Positions 26,745 through 40,680 of a stretch of DNA of 64,000 bases are shown here, piece by piece. How positions within the stretch are numbered: the stretch's first letter is position 1; every line of letters starts with the position of its first letter. The stretch lies in NCBI GenBank assembly GCA_951406725.2, contig OX597831.1, forward strand, positions 31,310,001-31,374,000. The letters run 5' to 3'. This stretch comes from Octopus vulgaris (taxonomy: Eukaryota). A program made the position numbers and the translations under genes. A model generated the notes under the pieces. That model was given only the letters and a program-made list of their open reading frames with translations. It did no database searches and was not told the DNA's origin.

Positions 26745-27051
26745 ATGCGTTTTCATACATCCATGCATACATACATACATACATACATACATACATACGT
26801 ACGTACATACGTACATACATACATACGTACATACGTACATACATACATCAGTACATACATACATACATCAGTACATCCATACATGCATACATACATACAT
26901 ACATCAATACATACATACATACATACATACATACATACGTACATACATACATACATACATACATACATACATACATACATACATACATACATACATACAT
27001 ACATACATACATACATACATACATACATACATGCATACATACATACATACA

Positions 27052-27080
<29 letters not shown>
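26745..27080. repeat. (ATAC)n microsatellite
   Basis: Direct inspection. Confidence 0.95.
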
Positions 27081-27082
<2 letters not shown>

Positions 27083-27619
27083 GCGCATTCACACACGTAC
27101 ACTTACATACCCGCATACAGGCATACGCACACGTACACATACATATGCACACGTACACATACTACCGATTATTCCTACATTCTTAAAATAAAAATGAGAA
27201 TATTATTTACTCCCAAACACTGCAATAGGCGCTGGAAACAATAAATGATTAGTAAAAGAATGCACTTGCAGTAAGTAATCAAGTAAATTGTTATAGTATT
27301 TTTGTAAAAACTATTTTCAATGTTTTTCTTTTTTTTTCAGTTGGAATAGGCGCAAGCGTGGCTGTGTGGTAAGAAGTTTACTTTCCAACGACATGGTAAG
27401 GGGTTGAGTCCCACTGCGTGGAACCTTGAGCATCTCTCTTCTACTATAGCCTTGGGTTGGCCAAAGTTTTGTGAGCGGATTTGGTAGACGGAAACCGAAA
27501 GGTGCCCGTCGTGTGTGTGTGTGTGCACGCGCGCGCGCGAACGCGTTTGTCCCCACCACTGATTCACCCATTCAGCGCACAACCACTCTTCGCTCATTTC
27601 TTCTCATTCTAATGGTTGT

Positions 27620-28630
27620 AAGCATCCTCTGTAGAAACTGGACAGGATACCCTCTACGGAGGGAGGAAAAACCATGACTGCCATCCCTTCTCCCTGCAAT
27701 TCTGCGGAAGGTTCTCGTACATGGCATACTTCCATTCGTAGACCTAATCACACCCTTCTTCCTGCAGGACTGTAAGTTCGATCAAAATTATTTTCTTGAC
27801 CTTTTCAGACTACAGAACTGCCTCTGGCCTTAGGATTATATGAATAATCAGGGGAAACAGGAATCTTTCCCACAGGTCCACTTTCAGATCCCATGACTGG
27901 CCCTCATGTATTAAACTATTTGTAACTTCTTGCAGTTTTCACTGGCTTTTCTCCTTCTTTCACGAACTTGATTGCTGCTATTGTTTTCCCTTGATGATGT
28001 TTCCTGATCCTTTCCTGTTCCAGGGTGTGAGCGAGTGTTGCAAGTAACTCGTCAGGCGCCACTTGTATCTCCCTTGAGTAAATACTACTTTGCACCTTGA
28101 TAAGATGTGTGCCAGGTTTCCCCCGTCTTCACAAATTCTACACAGCTGGTCCCAGCTCAAACCCTTATCTATACGGGGCGGTTGGCGTTGGGAGTATGTC
28201 ATACTCTGTCTGCATCAAGAAGATACGGAAAGGGTTATCTCCACAGATGTGTCCAACTAACCTTCCTCTAGGGTAGGTCCCTTTTAGTCCAGGCTCCCTG
28301 AGATACCAGCTCCTCGGTTTTCTTTCTTCCTCCTGGTTCTCTACTTCTTCCTGAATCATAGTCCTTCTCTCCTTAGTATCCGTCTTCTTCCAGTGTTAGA
28401 AATGGGAAGAACCAAGACCCTGCCGTCCTCTGCATGTATTTAATTCCAATGATATCAAGAAGCTTCAGCATGCTTTAAGCCAGTGCGACCGCGGTGTTGG
28501 TCACCCGCTTTCGCCCTGACCTTGTTGTGATACCTGCATGCTTGACACGCTCATCTTGGAAGTCCCTGTATATCATTACAACTCTACATTTCGTGACCCT
28601 GAATTCCTCCACTACGGATGACAGGAAGCT
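27620..28630 (-). pseudogene. HERO-like (RLE-type) non-LTR retrotransposon remnant
   Basis: SSVVEEFRVTKCRVVMIYRD..DERVKHAGITTRSGRK and zinc knuckle CRICEDGGNLAHILSRC....QGRYKWR. Confidence 0.75.
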
Positions 28631-28699
28631 GGAGCTGTCCTATTTCAATTAGTGGCGTTTAAACGCGTTGTTTCGTTTCTCCGATGCATAAGACATATA

Positions 28700-29760
28700 C
28701 ACGCTCTCTGAAAGGTGGCCTTTCAGCACATCTTTCTATACAGCTACTGTGTGGATGGTTTATGTCTATTGTTTGTGCGTTAAAGTAAAACTGGAGGAGA
28801 ACGAGATACATTAGCATCAGTTGATGCTCTTTATATCCGGAAAGGGAAAAACGCTGTACAAACAGAGAGAAATATATGTGCAGTTTATAGAGATAGTGCC
28901 ATAGCTGAAGGGACTATTCGTAAGTGGTTCGTAGGATTGATGAGTGAAAAAGCTGTTAATGATGAGGAAATCGAAACACTAATCAAAAGCAATCTAAATC
29001 CCGACACGAGACATAGCAGAGATATTCTACATATTTTATATGAGCGTTAATAAAGCATTTAAATTCAGTTATAATGTTTGGCTGCCGTACAATTTAACGG
29101 GAAAAAATTTAATAGACCGAATTTCCATCTGCGATTCTCTGTTCAAACGCAGCAAAAACGACCCCTTTAGAAAAGAACGCTCACAGGGGATAAAAAAAGG
29201 AATGTTTTTAACAATGTGGAGCGAAAAGTGTCCTGGAGAAAACTAAACGAACCACCTTTATTCTCTTCGAAGACGGGATGCTCTGTACCTGGTGGGATTG
29301 GAAGAGAATGATGGATTACGAACTCGTTCTGCAAAATTAGACATTAAATTCAGACAATTAATTTCCAGTTAGACCGATTAAAGAAGGAAATCCATGAAAA
29401 ACGTCCGGAATTGGCCAGGGTGTCAGCCTCCTTCAAGACAACGCTAGACTTCATACTTCCTTGCAAAATAGCGCAGCTTGACCGGAATGTCCTATCACAT
29501 CCACCTGACTGGTATCGTCGGGTTACCATTTATGTGGATCCCTGCAAAATTCTCTTAATGAGAACTTCAATTCTTTGTAAGATTGTTAAAGTTCATAACC
29601 CAGAATATGCCAAGACCTGGGAGGATAGGATCAAGAAGCTACCTCAAAGATGGTAGTGGAACAAAATAGGACATGTGTGGTTGAGTTAAGCTATGTATCT
29701 AAGTTAAAATAGTTTTAGAATTTTACTTAAAAACAGTACTAACTTTTCTACCAACCTAAG
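28700..29760 (+). mobile_element. Old mariner remnant
   Basis: IRKWF, VWLPYNLTGKNLIDRISICDSLFKRSKNDPF, IKKLPQRW; probable 3' TIR AACTTTTCTACCAACCTAA. Confidence 0.8.
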
Positions 29761-29898
29761 ATAGGTAGATAGATAGATAGATAGATAGATACATACATAC
29801 ATACATACATACATACATACATACATACATGCATACATATATAGGTATGTAGGTAGGTAGGTAGGTAGGCAGGCAGACAGAGAGACAAACAGACAGAC

Positions 29899-29988
<90 letters not shown>

Positions 29989-30001
29989 GTAGGTAGGTAG
30001 G

Positions 30002-30084
<83 letters not shown>

Positions 30085-30085
30085 T
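29760..30085. repeat. (GATA)/(CATA)/(GGTA) microsatellite
   Basis: Direct inspection. Confidence 0.95.
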
Positions 30086-30879
30086 GGCTAGATGGATAGA
30101 CAGACAGACAGAATAGTGTGTATGCTTGCGTGTGGGTGGGGGGCGATTTTATGCACTTTAGTTGAATTGCAATATGACTCATTTATTTGAGGTTTCGGGA
30201 AGAGGTGCTAAACACAAATGAAGCAGTAGTGTAAATGATCCCAAGAGAACCGAAGATAATTTTGAAAATCTTGTAAACAAGATTATTAATTGTTTAATAT
30301 TTGACAAACAGAAAGAAATAAATGACAACATTAAAGTGATGTTTGCGCTAGACTGAAGTAAATTACATCACGAAGGGCAACGCAGTTAGAACGCAGCAGT
30401 GACTCTGAAATTCTGAATTCGGTTTAACACTCTAATATAATAAAAATTTTTAAAAAAAGGAATGTAAGAAAAGAATGTCACAAAATATTTTACCTCATTG
30501 CAGGAAGATTTAATCGAAGAAACAACAAGAAGAGAAATGGTACACATCGGTCTGTCAGAAAGTAGAGAAGAGGCTTTCAGTGTTTCTTCGAAGATACATA
30601 GCTTAACTCAACCACATATGTTCCAGTTTGTTCCACTACCATCTTTGAGGCAGCTTCTTGATCCTATCCTCCCAGGTCTCTCTCGAACTATCTTTCTGTT
30701 TGTTAAAGGATGCACTGACCGCTATATGGAATGTTACTGTTCCTATTTCCCCAGCACAAAGTATGTGGGAGTGTATGCCTGGTTTTCAAGACTGAGAACG
30801 AAGTGAGGCGGCAGGTGAGTTAGTGTGCTACACACTAAGAGACAGTCTCATACTGCAATTTATGGAGTCACAGAACATA

Positions 30880-31200
30880 AACTGGCACTCCTTCGGTTAC
30901 GAGGGTTCCAGTTGATCCGAACAGCGGAACAGCCTGCTTGGGAAATTAACGTGCAGGTGGCTGAACACGCCATAGACACGCGTACCCCTAACGTAGTTCT
31001 TGGGGAGATTCAACATCATACAGAATGTGAAAAGGCTAAGCTCTTTGAATTGCATGCACTACTCCTTTTTTGCCAGCTTAATGGACTGAAGCAGTGTGAA
31101 GTGAAGTGTTTTGCTGAAGGACACAATGCGTTGCCGGGTATCGAACTCATGACCTTACGATCGTGAGCCGAATACTCTAACCACTAAGCCACGCGTCTTC
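30880..31200 (-). mobile_element. SINE family D (shared tail), diverged
   Basis: Reverse-complement match to 21040-21362. Confidence 0.75.
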
Positions 31201-31367
31201 CCTCACGGAACATAAGGATCATATCAAGAGATATTGGCAGTGACATAAACTCTTGGCGGCTCATCGTCATATCTGAAGCACAAGATGGACAAACAGACAC
31301 GTAGACAAACAGAAATATAGTTCGAGAGAGAGGGAGGGAGAGACGGACAGACAGACAGATATATATG

Positions 31368-31754
31368 GATGGAAGCACTCCGTCGGTTACGACGATGAGG
31401 ATTCCGGTTGATCCGAATCAACGGAACAGCCTGCTCGTGAAATTAACGTGTAAGTGGCTGAGCACTCCACAGACACGTGTACCCTTAACGTAGTTCTCGG
31501 GGATATTCAGCGTGACACAGAGAGTGACAAGACCGGCCCTTTGAAATACAGGTACAACAGAAACAGGAAGTAAGAGTGAGAGAAAGTTGTGGTAAAAGAG
31601 TACAGCAGGGATCACCACCATCCCCTGCCAGAGCCTCGTGGAGCTTTTAGGTGTTTTCGCTCAATAAACACTCACAACGCCCGGTCTGGGAATCGAAACC
31701 GCGATCCTATGACCGCGAGTCCGCTGCCCTAACCACTGGGCCATTGCGCCTCCA
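31368..31754 (-). mobile_element. SINE family C, full length
   Basis: Head GGAGGCGCAATGGCCCAGTGGTTAGGGCAGCGG..GTTTCGATTCCC with A and B boxes. Confidence 0.9.
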
Positions 31755-31784
31755 TTAGACAGATATATATATAGGCAGATAGAC

Positions 31785-31831
<47 letters not shown>

Positions 31832-31840
31832 TAGATAGAC

Positions 31841-31905
<65 letters not shown>

Positions 31906-32679
31906 CGTGCATGTCTATTCTACACATTTATTCGCATTATATATTTAATATGACCTGATATATATATATTGCATAACATTTTGCATCCTCCCTCTTTTAT
32001 ATAACCACGTATCCACACTCCCACACTTCCTGTAACACCTTTTGTAAAGTACCCCTGTGTACATGTAAACATTGTAGTAGTTGTTATCATTTTTATTACT
32101 ATCAGCAGCAGCAGCAGCAGCAGCATTTACTGCAGTGAATTAATTTTCTTGCAGGCAAATGAATTAGGTTTATTATTCAAAATATAGTAAACTAATTTAA
32201 CTCAACGTTGTTGTGACAAAATGTTTTAAATGTGCTTAGTTGTATGGAAATGTCGCTTTCTGTATTCGACGTTGCTGAAACAATATAAAATTTTCAATAA
32301 ATGCTCTTTTTATTGATTTTCATATTGGCATAATTCCTCAGATTTATCGGGGAACGAGGATAAGAATGTATGACTTTGAATGAATGAATGCCTTCCTCCG
32401 AAGCTTTACTTGTGTAAGTGATTTAAAAGTAAAATGTCTATATCCGAGAATCGATTCTCATGCGTTGAATTGGCATAAATGCGAGAGATTACATTATGTT
32501 GTTACTATCGTCGTTTAACCCCAAGTCAACCATGATCGTACAGTCATATGATCAAAGATGTTCGATTCGTGATAATCCTATCTTTTTAAAACTACATGAC
32601 TCAACCTGGCCTCGGTTTTGTTTTGGTTTGGTTTTGTTTTGGGGGTTTTTTGGGGGGGGGGGGGGGTAACAATAAATTG

Positions 32680-32797
32680 CATCAAGATCAGAAAGGCACA
32701 AGCATGGGAGGCTTGTCACAAACTAAAGAAGGCCTGGAACTCCAGATTGTCCAGGCGAATCAAAATTAAGCTATTTATCGCAACAGTCGAATCAGTG
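32680..32797 (+). pseudogene. RTE-like LINE fragment
   Basis: IKIRKAQAWEACHKLKKAWNSRLSRRIKIKLFIATVESVV. Confidence 0.7.
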
Positions 32798-32951
32798 GTT
32801 TCGGGTTCGGTCCCACTGCATGGTATCTTAAGTAAGTATTTTCTTATGTAGCCTTGAGTCGACTAATACCATGTAAGTAAACTTAGTACACGGAAACTAT
32901 CCGAGAATCGATTCTCATGCGTTGAAGTGGCACATCTAAGAGATTACACCC

Positions 32952-33383
<432 letters not shown>

Positions 33384-34172
33384 GTACTGGAAGGTTGGGT
33401 GGGGAATAACTGGATTATCGAGTCTGGGAAGTCGTCAATCATGGGTTTACTCAATCAAGACCTGAATAAATTCAAACAACATAGACTACTACAATTACAA
33501 CTATTTCTGTTACTGTTGCTGCTGCTACTACTACTACTACTAATAATAATACTACTACTACACAATGGTGCGCCAAAGACATGATTATCTAAGATATTAC
33601 GTCTCTGTATTTCGTGTTTGACCATTTCATAAAACTATTCGCGACAAGTGATAGACAGATCATTAAATTAATTGCAGTTAAATTAAATATTGATTTTTTT
33701 TTTCCGAGTTAAGCACCAGCGTAGATTGTTAAAGAGGAACGGTACAATCAAACTTCATTGATTTGTCTCTGCTTGAAGGTAAGTTAAAATCTGGCGGAAT
33801 TTGGGGCCAACAAACAAAAAGATCTGTGAGGTAACTTGACTCAAATCCTCTCAAATCGCACACCGAAGGCAATCTCCAGCATGGCTGTTAAACAGTGATT
33901 CAAACCAATAAAAGAATATTGTTTTAGAAAAGGAAAGGTATTGGAAAATGTAGCCCTACATTTACTTGTTTCTGTCATTGGACTGTAGCCATGCTGGGGC
34001 ATCACCTTGATAGGTTAAGTCGAGCAGGTCACCCCTAGTAATTATTCTGTCGGTGTCTTATGCCGAACTGCTAAGTCACGGGTGCGTAGACACACCAACA
34101 CCGGTTATCAAGCGGCGATGGTGGATGAACAGACACACAAAGACACACACGCACACACACATGCACACACAC

Positions 34173-34229
<57 letters not shown>

Positions 34230-34294
34230 GGAAATTAAGAAAATGCTGACAAAATAATTTAAGTAAGGGAGAGTGTATTTAATTAGGTGAAAGT

Positions 34295-34335
34295 TCTTTT
34301 TACCGGTTGCGCATTTGTTATGCTTATCAAAAGAT
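34295..34335 (-). ncRNA. Degenerate hammerhead motif
   Basis: tctt-TTGATAA-GCAT-aacaa-ATGC-GCAAC-cg-GTA-aaaag: stem II and palindromic ACCGGT intact, three core substitutions. Confidence 0.4.
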
Positions 34336-34489
34336 ATTTTGAGTGAGATAGAGTTCCTTTCTGATTGATTTTTTTCTCTTTATATATATATATATATATA
34401 ATGTACTGATCCGTAATTCAACAAAAAAAGTACTCCATCTGGTGAGAGATAAATATTATGTATTTAAAGGTTACAATACATGTATTAAA

Positions 34490-34541
34490 GCGCTACTAAT
34501 AGTTTCATATGTCGAGAAAACTCAACATATTCTTCAGGCGC
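34490..34541 (-). ncRNA. Canonical type-I hammerhead ribozyme motif
   Basis: GCGC-CTGAAGA-ATATGTTGAG-tttt-CTCGACATAT-GAAAC-tatta-GTA-GCGC: complete core, 4-bp stem I, 10-bp stem II, short stem III, GUA site. Confidence 0.8.
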
Positions 34542-34667
34542 AAACTTTATATCCTCATTTAAAATTCCCCAAAACGTCGTTTCTGTTTGACTAAATTCAA
34601 AAGTTCTATATTTGAGAGGGAAGAATCGGAGGTTGTAATTTGCCTTTCCTGATAAACATTTTCTTCG

Positions 34668-34982
34668 GACGTGGCTATGAGGTTGAGAAGCTTGCTTTGC
34701 AACCATGTGGGTCATGGTTCGATCCCACTGCACAGCACCATGGCTAAATGTCTTCTACTATAACTCCAGGCTAATCGATACCTTGTGAGAGAATTTGGTA
34801 AATGGAAACTTTGTAGAAGCCCGTCGTGTGTGTGTGTGTGTACATATGTATGTAAGTGGGGAGTGTCTTTGGATTTGTGTTTTTCCAGTCACCCACCGCT
34901 TGACAAACGGTGTTGGTTTGCTTATGCTCCTACCTGTAACCAAGCGGTTCAGCAAAAAAGATCAATAGAATAAGTACTAGAA
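34668..34982 (+). mobile_element. SINE family B, diverged
   Basis: Family B head and body. Confidence 0.7.
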
Positions 34983-35564
34983 TTTTTTTTAAACAGATAT
35001 ACACTAGGATCCGCCGATGAAAATTAATGGAATGGACATGGCTTCGACCAGAAAACGAACATCCCATGTGCCATTATTGGCTCGTCCATGCCTTGTTCTT
35101 ACTTGTCACAATTCATTGGTAGAGTGTTTTTTTGTTTTTTTTTTTAATATCCGGACGTGACATTTTTATTCTTGAATGTAACAAAAAATTGCCACGCGTC
35201 TAATGTGATCGTATTACAGAGTGTATGAGTGAAAAAAGATGAAACAATGAATTTGTTGTTTATTTTCTTCGTTTTTTTACTTGTTATGTTTTTGTTTTTT
35301 TTTCACAATTTTTTTTTTTTTCCACAAGAATATAAAGGTTTATCTCATACCGACAAATATGCTATTTTGAATGCAACTGAATTGTGTTGGAGGATATGAA
35401 GCTAATAAAACGATAGGTAGAAGTGTAACAGAGTAATACTGATCTGATCAGATATTTGTGAAAATACGAAATACAGGCAGGTATATGTAGACGGAATTTG
35501 AGAACAATAAAGCAATCAATTAACAGAAGAAAAACTAAACAAAAGAAAAAATGTAATAATAAGA

Positions 35565-36270
35565 TCAGCAGTCACCCATGCTTACCGGCGTCCCCTCTCC
35601 ACGCCACCAAGGGAAAGGCAACGGCCGATACAACTTGGCACCAGTGACGTCGCAACTCATTTCTACACCTGAGTGAACTGGAGCAACGTGAAATAAAGTG
35701 TCTTGCTCAAGTACACAACACACAGCCCGGTCCGGGATTCGAACTCACAACCTTGCGATTGTAAGCTCGACGCCCTAACCACTGAGCCATGCGCCTTCAC
35801 GTGATAAATTCATTCGGTTTTTTATTTTTTATTTTGGTTTTTTTTCTATGTTTTTCCTACTCGGTACACCGTCAGCATATGTCTAAAAGAGGTCAATTTA
35901 ATTCCAATTTCACAAGACGATTATCAAAAGTGGCAGATGAAGAACTGGTATTCCGTCGGTTACGACGACGAGGGTGCCAGCTGATCCGATCGAGGGAACA
36001 GCTTGCTCGTGAAATTAGCATACAAGTGGTTGAGCACTCCACAGACACGTGTACCCTCAATGTATTTCTCAGGGAGATTCAGCATGACTCAGAATACGAC
36101 AAGGCTGGCCCTTTGAAATACAGATACTACTCATTTTTGCCAACTGAGTGAACTGGAGCAACTTGGAATAAAATGTCTTGCTCAAGGACACAACGCGTCG
36201 CCGGGAATTGAACTCACGACCTTGCGATCGTGAGCAGAATACCCTAACCTCTAAGCCACGAACCTTCACT
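35565..36270 (-). mobile_element. Two family D SINEs (35565-35800 and 35945-36270) with different tails
   Basis: D heads at 35720-35800 and 36170-36270. Confidence 0.75.
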
Positions 36271-36379
36271 GCAGATGAAGAATAGAGCTGGGGGGGATGC
36301 ATAAAACATTACGATAAAAATATTTTCGTGTTAATTCAAATAACTTTGGATAGAATTAAAATTTTAGATAAAATTTAAA

Positions 36380-36730
36380 AAATAAAGAACGAATTTATTT
36401 GACAAACCGAACCACGCAAAAAAAGCCAGATCTGAATTCCAGTCGAGGTACCAGAGATAAAATATTGAAATATTAAAACTCACACTTGACCAGATATCTT
36501 AATGTTTGCCAAGAAAATCGTATTGTTTGACAAAGAAACAATGAAGACGACTCTGCGTCGTTGCTTTACCTACTAAAAATAACAGCCAAATCTACCTCAA
36601 AGCAGCACCATAATCATGTTGAATAACCAAAAAATGCATTGGATAATAATCCGCATACCTCAACAGTTGGGGTGGATTATCACTAGAATACTTTGATCAC
36701 GTGAAGGCGCATGGCTCAGTGGTTAGGGCG
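36380..36730 (+). repeat. Donor copy of a ~350-bp local duplication
   Basis: Repeated at 38240-38590 with only 4 visible substitutions. Confidence 0.95.
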
Positions 36731-37035
36731 TCGAGCTTAAAATCGCGAGGTTGTGAGTTCGAATCCCGGACCGGGCTGTGTGTTGTGATCTTGAGCAAGA
36801 CAGTTTATTTCATGTTGCTCCAGTTCACTCAGCTGTAGAAATGAGTTGCAATGTCACTGGTGCCAAGCAGTATCGGCCTCTGCCTTTCCCTTGGACAACA
36901 CTGGTGGCGTGGAGAGGGGAGGCAGGTATGCATGGGCGACTGCTGGTCTTTCATAAACAATCTTGCTTGGACTTGTGCTGGGAAGGTAACTTGTTAAGTG
37001 CAATCCTATGGTCAGTCATGACCGAAGGGGGGTCT
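36701..37035 (+). mobile_element. SINE family D (third tail type)
   Basis: TGGCTCAGTGG A box, GTTCGAATCCC B box; tail ATGAGTTGC.A.GTCACTGGTGCCAAG as at 35565-35800. Confidence 0.8.
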
Positions 37036-37200
37036 CAGCAACTTTGATCATAGGATTTCTTGCTCTGGGTTAACCTGAGAGCTAAGCAGTGAGAACAACG
37101 ATGACAACAATAAAAACAAAAATGAACTATCCTTATACAAAAAAATATACAAACAGGAATAAAGTGAGGAACAGCAGGTTTATTACAGGTTTATTGTGTA

Positions 37201-37630
37201 AAGGCGGAGAGCTGGCAGAAACGTTAGCCTGCCGGACGAAATGCTTCGAGGCATTTCGTCTGCCGTTACGTTCTGAGTTCAAATTTCGCCGAAGTCGACT
37301 TTGCCTTTCATCCTTTCGGGATCGATAAATTGAGTACCAGTTATGCACTGGGGTCGATGTAATCGACTTAATCCCTTTGTCTGTCCTTGTTTGTCCCCTC
37401 TATGTTTAGCCCCTTATGGGCAATAAAGAAACAAGAATCGCTAGCCTGCCGGACGAAATGAGTCGCGGCATTTCTTCCGGTTTTACGTTCTGAATACAGA
37501 ATGTCACAGAGGTCGACTTTGCTTTATATCCTTTCAGGGTCGATAAAATAAGTATCAGTTGAGCACTAGACTCGAAATGATCGGCTAGCCCCTACCCACA
37601 AAATTCCAGGCATTTTCCCAACAGTAGAAA
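37201..37630 (+). mobile_element. SINE family A dimer (second unit re-enters within the head)
   Basis: Two successive cores. Confidence 0.8.
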
Positions 37631-38239
37631 TATTTATTACGTTGTTGTTGTTGTTGTTGTTGTCGTCATCGTCGTCGTTGTTGTTGTTGTTATTGTTGTT
37701 GTTGTTGTTGCTGCTGCTGCTGCTGCCTCTGCTGCTGTCATTGTCGTCGTCGTTGTTGTCATTGTTGATCTTGGTAAATGGTCAAAAGATCTTGGTGCAA
37801 CCCACATATAACCCACAGATTTAACATTCCGGATATTCCAAACCTTGGTCTTGCTGAGAACAGAGCATCCACTTCACATGCATTTGGTCTGAGTGGATGG
37901 TACTCGAACAGTATTCTAGACGTGACCCTAGAATTAACTTTCTCAAAGGATATTCGTTCCCTTTTCAGATGGTTAAGATATGCACTGAAGGAGAATTTAA
38001 GGGCCAGGTTGTGCGACATTATAGATTCGTTTCAGAACTTGGCCTAGCAAAATGTTCGCTTTTGCAGGAAAAATTACTGGTAAGTTTGTTATGTGATTGA
38101 ATATACATCGTCATAGAAACGAAGCATCGGCGGGGTCGTAGCTGTGCGGTAAGAAGTTTGATTCCCAACCACATGGTTTCGGGGTTCAGTATCACTGCGT
38201 GGAATCTTGGGTAAGTACCTTCTGCTAGAGATTCAGGAT

Positions 38240-38590
38240 AAATAAAGAACGAATTTATTTGACAAACCGAACCACGCAAAAAAAGCCAGATCTGAATTCC
38301 AGTCGAGGTACCAGAGATAAAATATTGAAATATCAAAACTCACACTTGACCAGATATCTTAATGTTTGCCAAGAAAATCGTATTGTTTGACAAAGAAACA
38401 ATGAAGACGACTCTGCGTCGTTGCTTTACCTACTAAAAATAACAGCCAAATCTACCTCAAAGCAGCACCATAATCATGTTGAATAACCAAAAAATACATT
38501 GGATAATAATCCGCATACCTCAAGAGTTGGGGTGGATTATCACTAGAATACTTTGATCACGTGAAGGCGCATGGCTCAGTGGTTAGAGCG
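38240..38590 (+). repeat. Duplicated segment inserted into a family B SINE (~38185-38797)
   Basis: SINE B head before 38240; SINE B body resumes at GAGCGGATTTGGT. Confidence 0.9.
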
Positions 38591-38624
38591 GATTTGGTAA
38601 ACAGGAACTGAAAGAAGCCCATTT

Positions 38625-38668
<44 letters not shown>

Positions 38669-38864
38669 TTTGTCCTCCTCACCAATTGATAACTGGTGCT
38701 GGGCTTGTTTTTCTTTTGTTTTGTTTTCTTTTACTAAACTCTTCAAGGTGTTGCTCTAGCAAAGTCGCAGTCCAATGACTGAAACAAGTAAAAGATGAAA
38801 GATATACTCTTGCAGCACTCACCAATGTATATTAGCGGGAGTGAAATGGTCTCAAACGGAAACC

Positions 38865-39454
38865 TATTTCTTTACTACCCCCAAGGGGCTAAACACAGAG
38901 AGGACAAACAAGGACAGACAAACGGATTAAGTCGATTATATCGATCCCAGTGCGTAACTGGTACTTATTTAATCGACCACGAAAGGATGAAAGGCAAAGT
39001 CGACCTCGGCGGAATTTTAACTCAGAACGTAGCCGCAGACGAAATACCTATTTCTTTATTACCCACAAGGGGCTAAACACAGAGTGGACAAACAAGGACA
39101 GACATAGGTATTAAGACGATTACATCGACCCCAGTGCGTAACTGTTACTTAATTTATCGACCCCGAAAGGATGAAAGGCTAAGTCGACCTCGGCGGAATT
39201 TGAACTCAGAACGTAGCCGCAGACGAAATACCTATTTCTTTACTACCCACAAGGGGCTAAACATAGAGGGGACAAACAAGGACAGACATCGGTATTAAGT
39301 CGATTATATCGATCCCAGTGCGTAACTGGTACCTATTTAATCGACCACGAAAGGATGAAAGGCAAAGTCGACCTCGGCGGAATTTGAACTCAGAACGTAG
39401 CCGCAGACGAAATACCGCTAAGCATTTCGCCCGGCGTGCTACCGATTCTGCCAG
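38865..39454 (-). mobile_element. SINE family A tandem trimer with 10-bp TSD
   Basis: Units start at 38863, 39047 and 39231 (184-bp period); AACGGAAACC at 38855-38864 and 39455-39464. Confidence 0.9.
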
Positions 39455-39943
39455 AACGGAAACCGAACTCTCTCTCTCACTCGTTGTTAACTTGGTTTGC
39501 CAAGATCTGTATACCTTGCTTTAAATTACAACACTTGTCCCAGTCCACTAGAAAATGTTTATTTTTAAATATTTTAAAAACAACTGAATTGCGTAGGGAA
39601 ATATCAAGCGAATGAAAGGTTAGAAAGAAGAGATACTGAACAAGGTTATGAGTGACCGTTGACCCATGGTATATTAACAAAATGATACTTCAAGAAGACA
39701 CGAATAAGTGGACAGGTCAATAACCGAGAAGGATTCGATAAGATCTATACTTTCCAAACCACATCATTTTCTGGGTTCTAGAGTGGCGGAAAATATTTGG
39801 AATTTATGATAGAATGGAATGGTATGAGATTTTATTACAGCGAGCACGATGTCACAGCTTAAATCTGATATCGAAAGAGCTATTTTTGAAGAAAATTCAT
39901 TATATTTTACTTCTATCTCATCTTCCTAGAATGTGTGTGTATG

Positions 39944-40005
<62 letters not shown>

Positions 40006-40013
40006 AGTATGTA

Positions 40014-40103
<90 letters not shown>

Positions 40104-40141
40104 CAGACAGATATACATATAAATGTATTTATATATGCATT

Positions 40142-40187
<46 letters not shown>

Positions 40188-40253
40188 CACATATATATAT
40201 ATATATATATGTAAGTAAAACATATAGATATTAATATAAACCCACACACACAC

Positions 40254-40343
<90 letters not shown>

Positions 40344-40509
40344 TTTGCCTTTTTGTGTGTGTGTGTGTTGTGTGCGTGTAATAGCAAAATAATAAGCCAA
40401 AGCTCTGAGCAAGAAGTTGTGAAAGAATCAACCGCGTAATTTTTACATATCAACCTGAAATTCTACTGCAATGCATATTTCTCCCAATTGATTCTGTTAG
40501 AATTTACAG

Positions 40510-40680
40510 CAGAAAGCTATTGCGATGCAGTTGAGTATTGACAAATGTGCCACGTGTGTAATAACACAGGGGGAAATGATTAAGTTTGACAAGTCGGAGA
40601 AGAAGTCAATAAGATCACGTATAGGTGAGAGGTGTACATATTTGGATATGAAGCATTGTGTTGGAGAAATATGAAGTCGG
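40510..40680 (+). pseudogene. Ancient R4-like RT fragment
   Basis: IAMQLSIDKCATCVITQGEM...CTYLD resembles the IGMxFGxDKC...YxYLG RT C-terminal motifs. Confidence 0.45.
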
